This document shows, piece after piece, positions 30,484 through 32,000 of a stretch of 32,000 nucleotides of DNA. The stretch is from Candidatus Iainarchaeum sp. (GTDB taxonomy: Archaea; Iainarchaeota; Iainarchaeia; Iainarchaeales; VGJJ01): the NCBI GenBank assembly GCA_030688545.1, contig JAUYHT010000006.1, forward strand, positions 240,001 through 272,000, read 5' to 3'. The notes beneath the pieces are model-generated. The model was given only the letters and a program-made list of their open reading frames with translations, was not told the origin of the DNA and did no database searches. Both the position numbers and the translations under genes were made by a program. How positions within the stretch are numbered: position 1 is the first letter of the stretch; each line of letters begins with the position of its first letter.

Positions 30484-31050
30484 ATGGATACCCTTTCTTC
30501 CTTGGCCGCAGAGGCCCATACCTGCACCCGTTGCCCGCTGTCCCGCTCCCGCACCCTCGCGGTACCGGGAGAAGGGCCGTCGAACGCGACCATCCTTCTA
30601 ATTGGAGAAGCCCCGGGGCGGAATGAAGACCTTCATGGGCGGCCTTTTGTGGGCGCGGCGGGAAAGAAGCTGGAGGGGCTCCTGGCTCAAGCGGGGTTGG
30701 CGCGGGAAGACGTATTCATTACTTCCGTCGTAAAATGCCGCCCCCCTGAAAACAGGGTGCCTACTTTTGAGGAGGCCACCACCTGCAAGATTAAATTCCT
30801 CCAACCCCAAATCCACCTCATTCGACCCGCGCTTATTGGCCTCATGGGACGGACGGCGATTTCCCACGTGTTGGGAGAGAAAATAGACCTGGAAACCATG
30901 CACGGGAAGGTACTGGAAAGGAATGGCCAGAGGTACATGATCCTCTACCATCCGGCCGCCATGATCTATAACCAGAACTTAAAGGCAGTCATGGAAAAGG
31001 ATTTTAGGGAATTAACTCCTCATGGGGGGGAGAAACATGCCTTTCGTTAA
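30484..31050 (+). CDS. Family-4 uracil-DNA glycosylase
   Basis: CTRCPLSRSRT (Fe-S Cys), LLIGEAPGRNEDLHGRPFVGAAGKKL and the late HPAA motif are present. The start is set at ATG 30484; the track starts at TTG 30439. Confidence 0.85.
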   Translation: MDTLSSLAAEAHTCTRCPLSRSRTLAVPGEGPSNATILLIGEAPGRNEDLHGRPFVGAAGKKLEGLLAQAGLAREDVFITSVVKCRPPENRVPTFEEATTCKIKFLQPQIHLIRPALIGLMGRTAISHVLGEKIDLETMHGKVLERNGQRYMILYHPAAMIYNQNLKAVMEKDFRELTPHGGEKHAFR

Positions 31051-31576
31051 ACGAACACGTACTCCTCGCAAACCCCGGATGACCTCAAGCAGGGAACGGG
31101 CACTTCTTTCGCGGGTAGAATTGCGCCATGAAAAAAGGGTATCCGAGCTGAAAGATATTCGTTATGCTTTCGACCAAAAAGAGGAAGTGCGGCTCGCCCG
31201 GAAACGAGTTTGGGGTATTCTGCTGGGGGAAGAAAAAGCATCCACCATCTATGCCGCCTTGGTTCCCCTGCTGGGTTTCAAGCTGGATTATTTGGATGCC
31301 GCCTACAACCATGTTGTGATTGCCCTCGATAATACGGAACGTATCCTCCGGCGGAAGGACGTGCCTCCCGGCCTTCGCCGCGCCATCGAACGCCATGCGG
31401 AAACCCTCCGAGAGTTGCAGGATCGCTACTTGGAAGATATTGCTCATTTTTCGAATATCCAGACATTGTATAAGCGAACCGCCAAACGGGTCAAGGAAGA
31501 AGGGATCGACCCTCAGGAGGTTCAGAAAACATTTTCCCTTTTGCAGAAAGAAACGGATTATTATTACATTCTCTGA
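31037..31576 (+). CDS. Hypothetical helical protein with a basic N-terminus
   Basis: 179 aa counted from ATG 31037 (GGGGGGAG 5 nt upstream), overlapping the UDG end by 14 nt. Its composition is balanced, unlike the antisense 176-aa ORF. Confidence 0.6.
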   Translation: MPFVKRTRTPRKPRMTSSRERALLSRVELRHEKRVSELKDIRYAFDQKEEVRLARKRVWGILLGEEKASTIYAALVPLLGFKLDYLDAAYNHVVIALDNTERILRRKDVPPGLRRAIERHAETLRELQDRYLEDIAHFSNIQTLYKRTAKRVKEEGIDPQEVQKTFSLLQKETDYYYIL

Positions 31577-31611
31577 AAAGGATAAAGCAACCGGAAAAAA
31601 AAGTAGGTATC

Positions 31612-31785
31612 TCACTTCTTCCCCAAGAACTTAGCGTGCTGTTTGCTCCACACCTTGTTGGGGGTTTTTTTCAGCCACTCCGCGTAATGTTCCACGAATG
31701 CCATCCGCTGTTCCGAATTCCGGCGTTTCTCCTCTTCCATCTCCTTCCAGTCTTTCTCGGTCAATGTGGGAAGTCTTTTTTCCAT
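31612..31785 (-). CDS. 57-aa ORF coupled to the nucleotidyltransferase (copy 2)
   Basis: Sequence: MEKRLPTLTEKDWKEMEEEKRRNSEQRMAFVEHYAEWLKKTPNKVWSKQHAKFLGKK. It is about 60% identical by eye to 23401-23577, and its ATG is embedded in the 3' end of the upstream gene. Confidence 0.6.
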   Translation of the reverse strand: MEKRLPTLTEKDWKEMEEEKRRNSEQRMAFVEHYAEWLKKTPNKVWSKQHAKFLGKK

Positions 31786-32000
31786 AGAGTGTGCTCTGCC
31801 TGCTTTTCGACGCCCAATTCGCGTATATGATGGGATAACAACCCCGTATTTAACTTATCGGGGAATATTTTATACAAATGCCGCGCGTCCTCGAAATCCT
31901 TCTCCGTGCCCAAATACCATTTGTAGGCAATCTGTAGTTCAATCTCCGACGTGTATAGCAATCGCCCCTTCAGCCAGATCGGGATTCTCTTTTCCAAAGA
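31761..32000 (-). CDS. Nucleotidyltransferase paralog (copy 2), C-terminal fragment; N-terminus beyond the window
   Basis: LLYTSEIELQIAYKWYLGTEKDFEDARHLYKIF aligns with RLFTSEIELQIAYKLLLGTDKDFEDARHLYRLF of 23568-24242. The frame is open to position 32000. Confidence 0.7.
   Translation of the reverse strand, partial: SLEKRIPIWLKGRLLYTSEIELQIAYKWYLGTEKDFEDARHLYKIFPDKLNTGLLSHHIRELGVEKQAEHTLWKKDFPH

Noticed and set aside
31085-31615. 176-aa minus-strand ORF antisense to 31037-31576
   Set aside because: The plus-strand product has balanced, helical, charged composition and an SD-linked start overlapping the UDG stop. The minus-strand product is Phe/Gly/Gln-rich and lacks start signals.
1-32000. 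CRISPR arrays, rRNA genes, and transposase or integrase genes
   Set aside because: No regularly spaced 25-40-bp repeats, no rRNA-like segments, and no ORF with DDE, tyrosine- or serine-recombinase motifs were seen on either strand.

Overview
Gene-dense 32-kb window with about 50 protein genes, one tRNA, no rRNA and no CRISPR array. I infer it comes from an uncultivated archaeon. The grounds are A/T-rich TATA-like boxes 22-32 nt upstream of many start codons, oligo-T terminators, a COG2150-type ACT protein, a membrane-anchored wHTH regulator and a family-4 UDG. No phylogenetic marker gene is present to prove this. Layout: (i) 1-4965 is a secreted surface protein of at least 1655 aa on the minus strand. 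The ORF track misses it because it runs off the left edge. (ii) 5-10 kb holds an APC permease, a basic protein, two BofA-like membrane proteins, a minimal kinase-like protein, and PRC-barrel and ACT proteins. (iii) 10.7-18.4 kb is a copper/soft-metal neighbourhood: two cupredoxin-like lipoproteins, the CopA P1B-ATPase, a Met-rich mini membrane protein, and a tightly coupled six-gene operon of uncharacterised envelope proteins. These carry Cys/His/Met motifs (vicinal CC pairs, HCPLC, CCAHH, and two proteins ending in MVGGC). The operon is divergent from a membrane-anchored wHTH regulator and is one of my two top candidates for an undescribed system. (iv) 18.4-27.8 kb is an accessory region ending at tRNA-Thr(UGU). 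It contains VapBC, GNAT, an SLC13 permease, Fic, a nucleotidyltransferase plus 58-aa ORF, a PLC-like protein, a RelE-like TA pair, an SDR and an alpha/beta hydrolase. Direct repeats partition it, including four extra copies of the tRNA 3'-terminal 13-mer that sit at gene or module boundaries. This looks like a cassette array, with no recombinase in view, and is the second top candidate. (v) 27.9-32 kb holds a hyper-basic 63-aa protein, a YkgJ-type Cys-cluster protein, a DUF4382-like lipoprotein, PPC/DUF296, UDG, a helical hypothetical protein, and a second copy of the nucleotidyltransferase module running off the right edge. All family calls come from motif recognition by eye; no database search was run.
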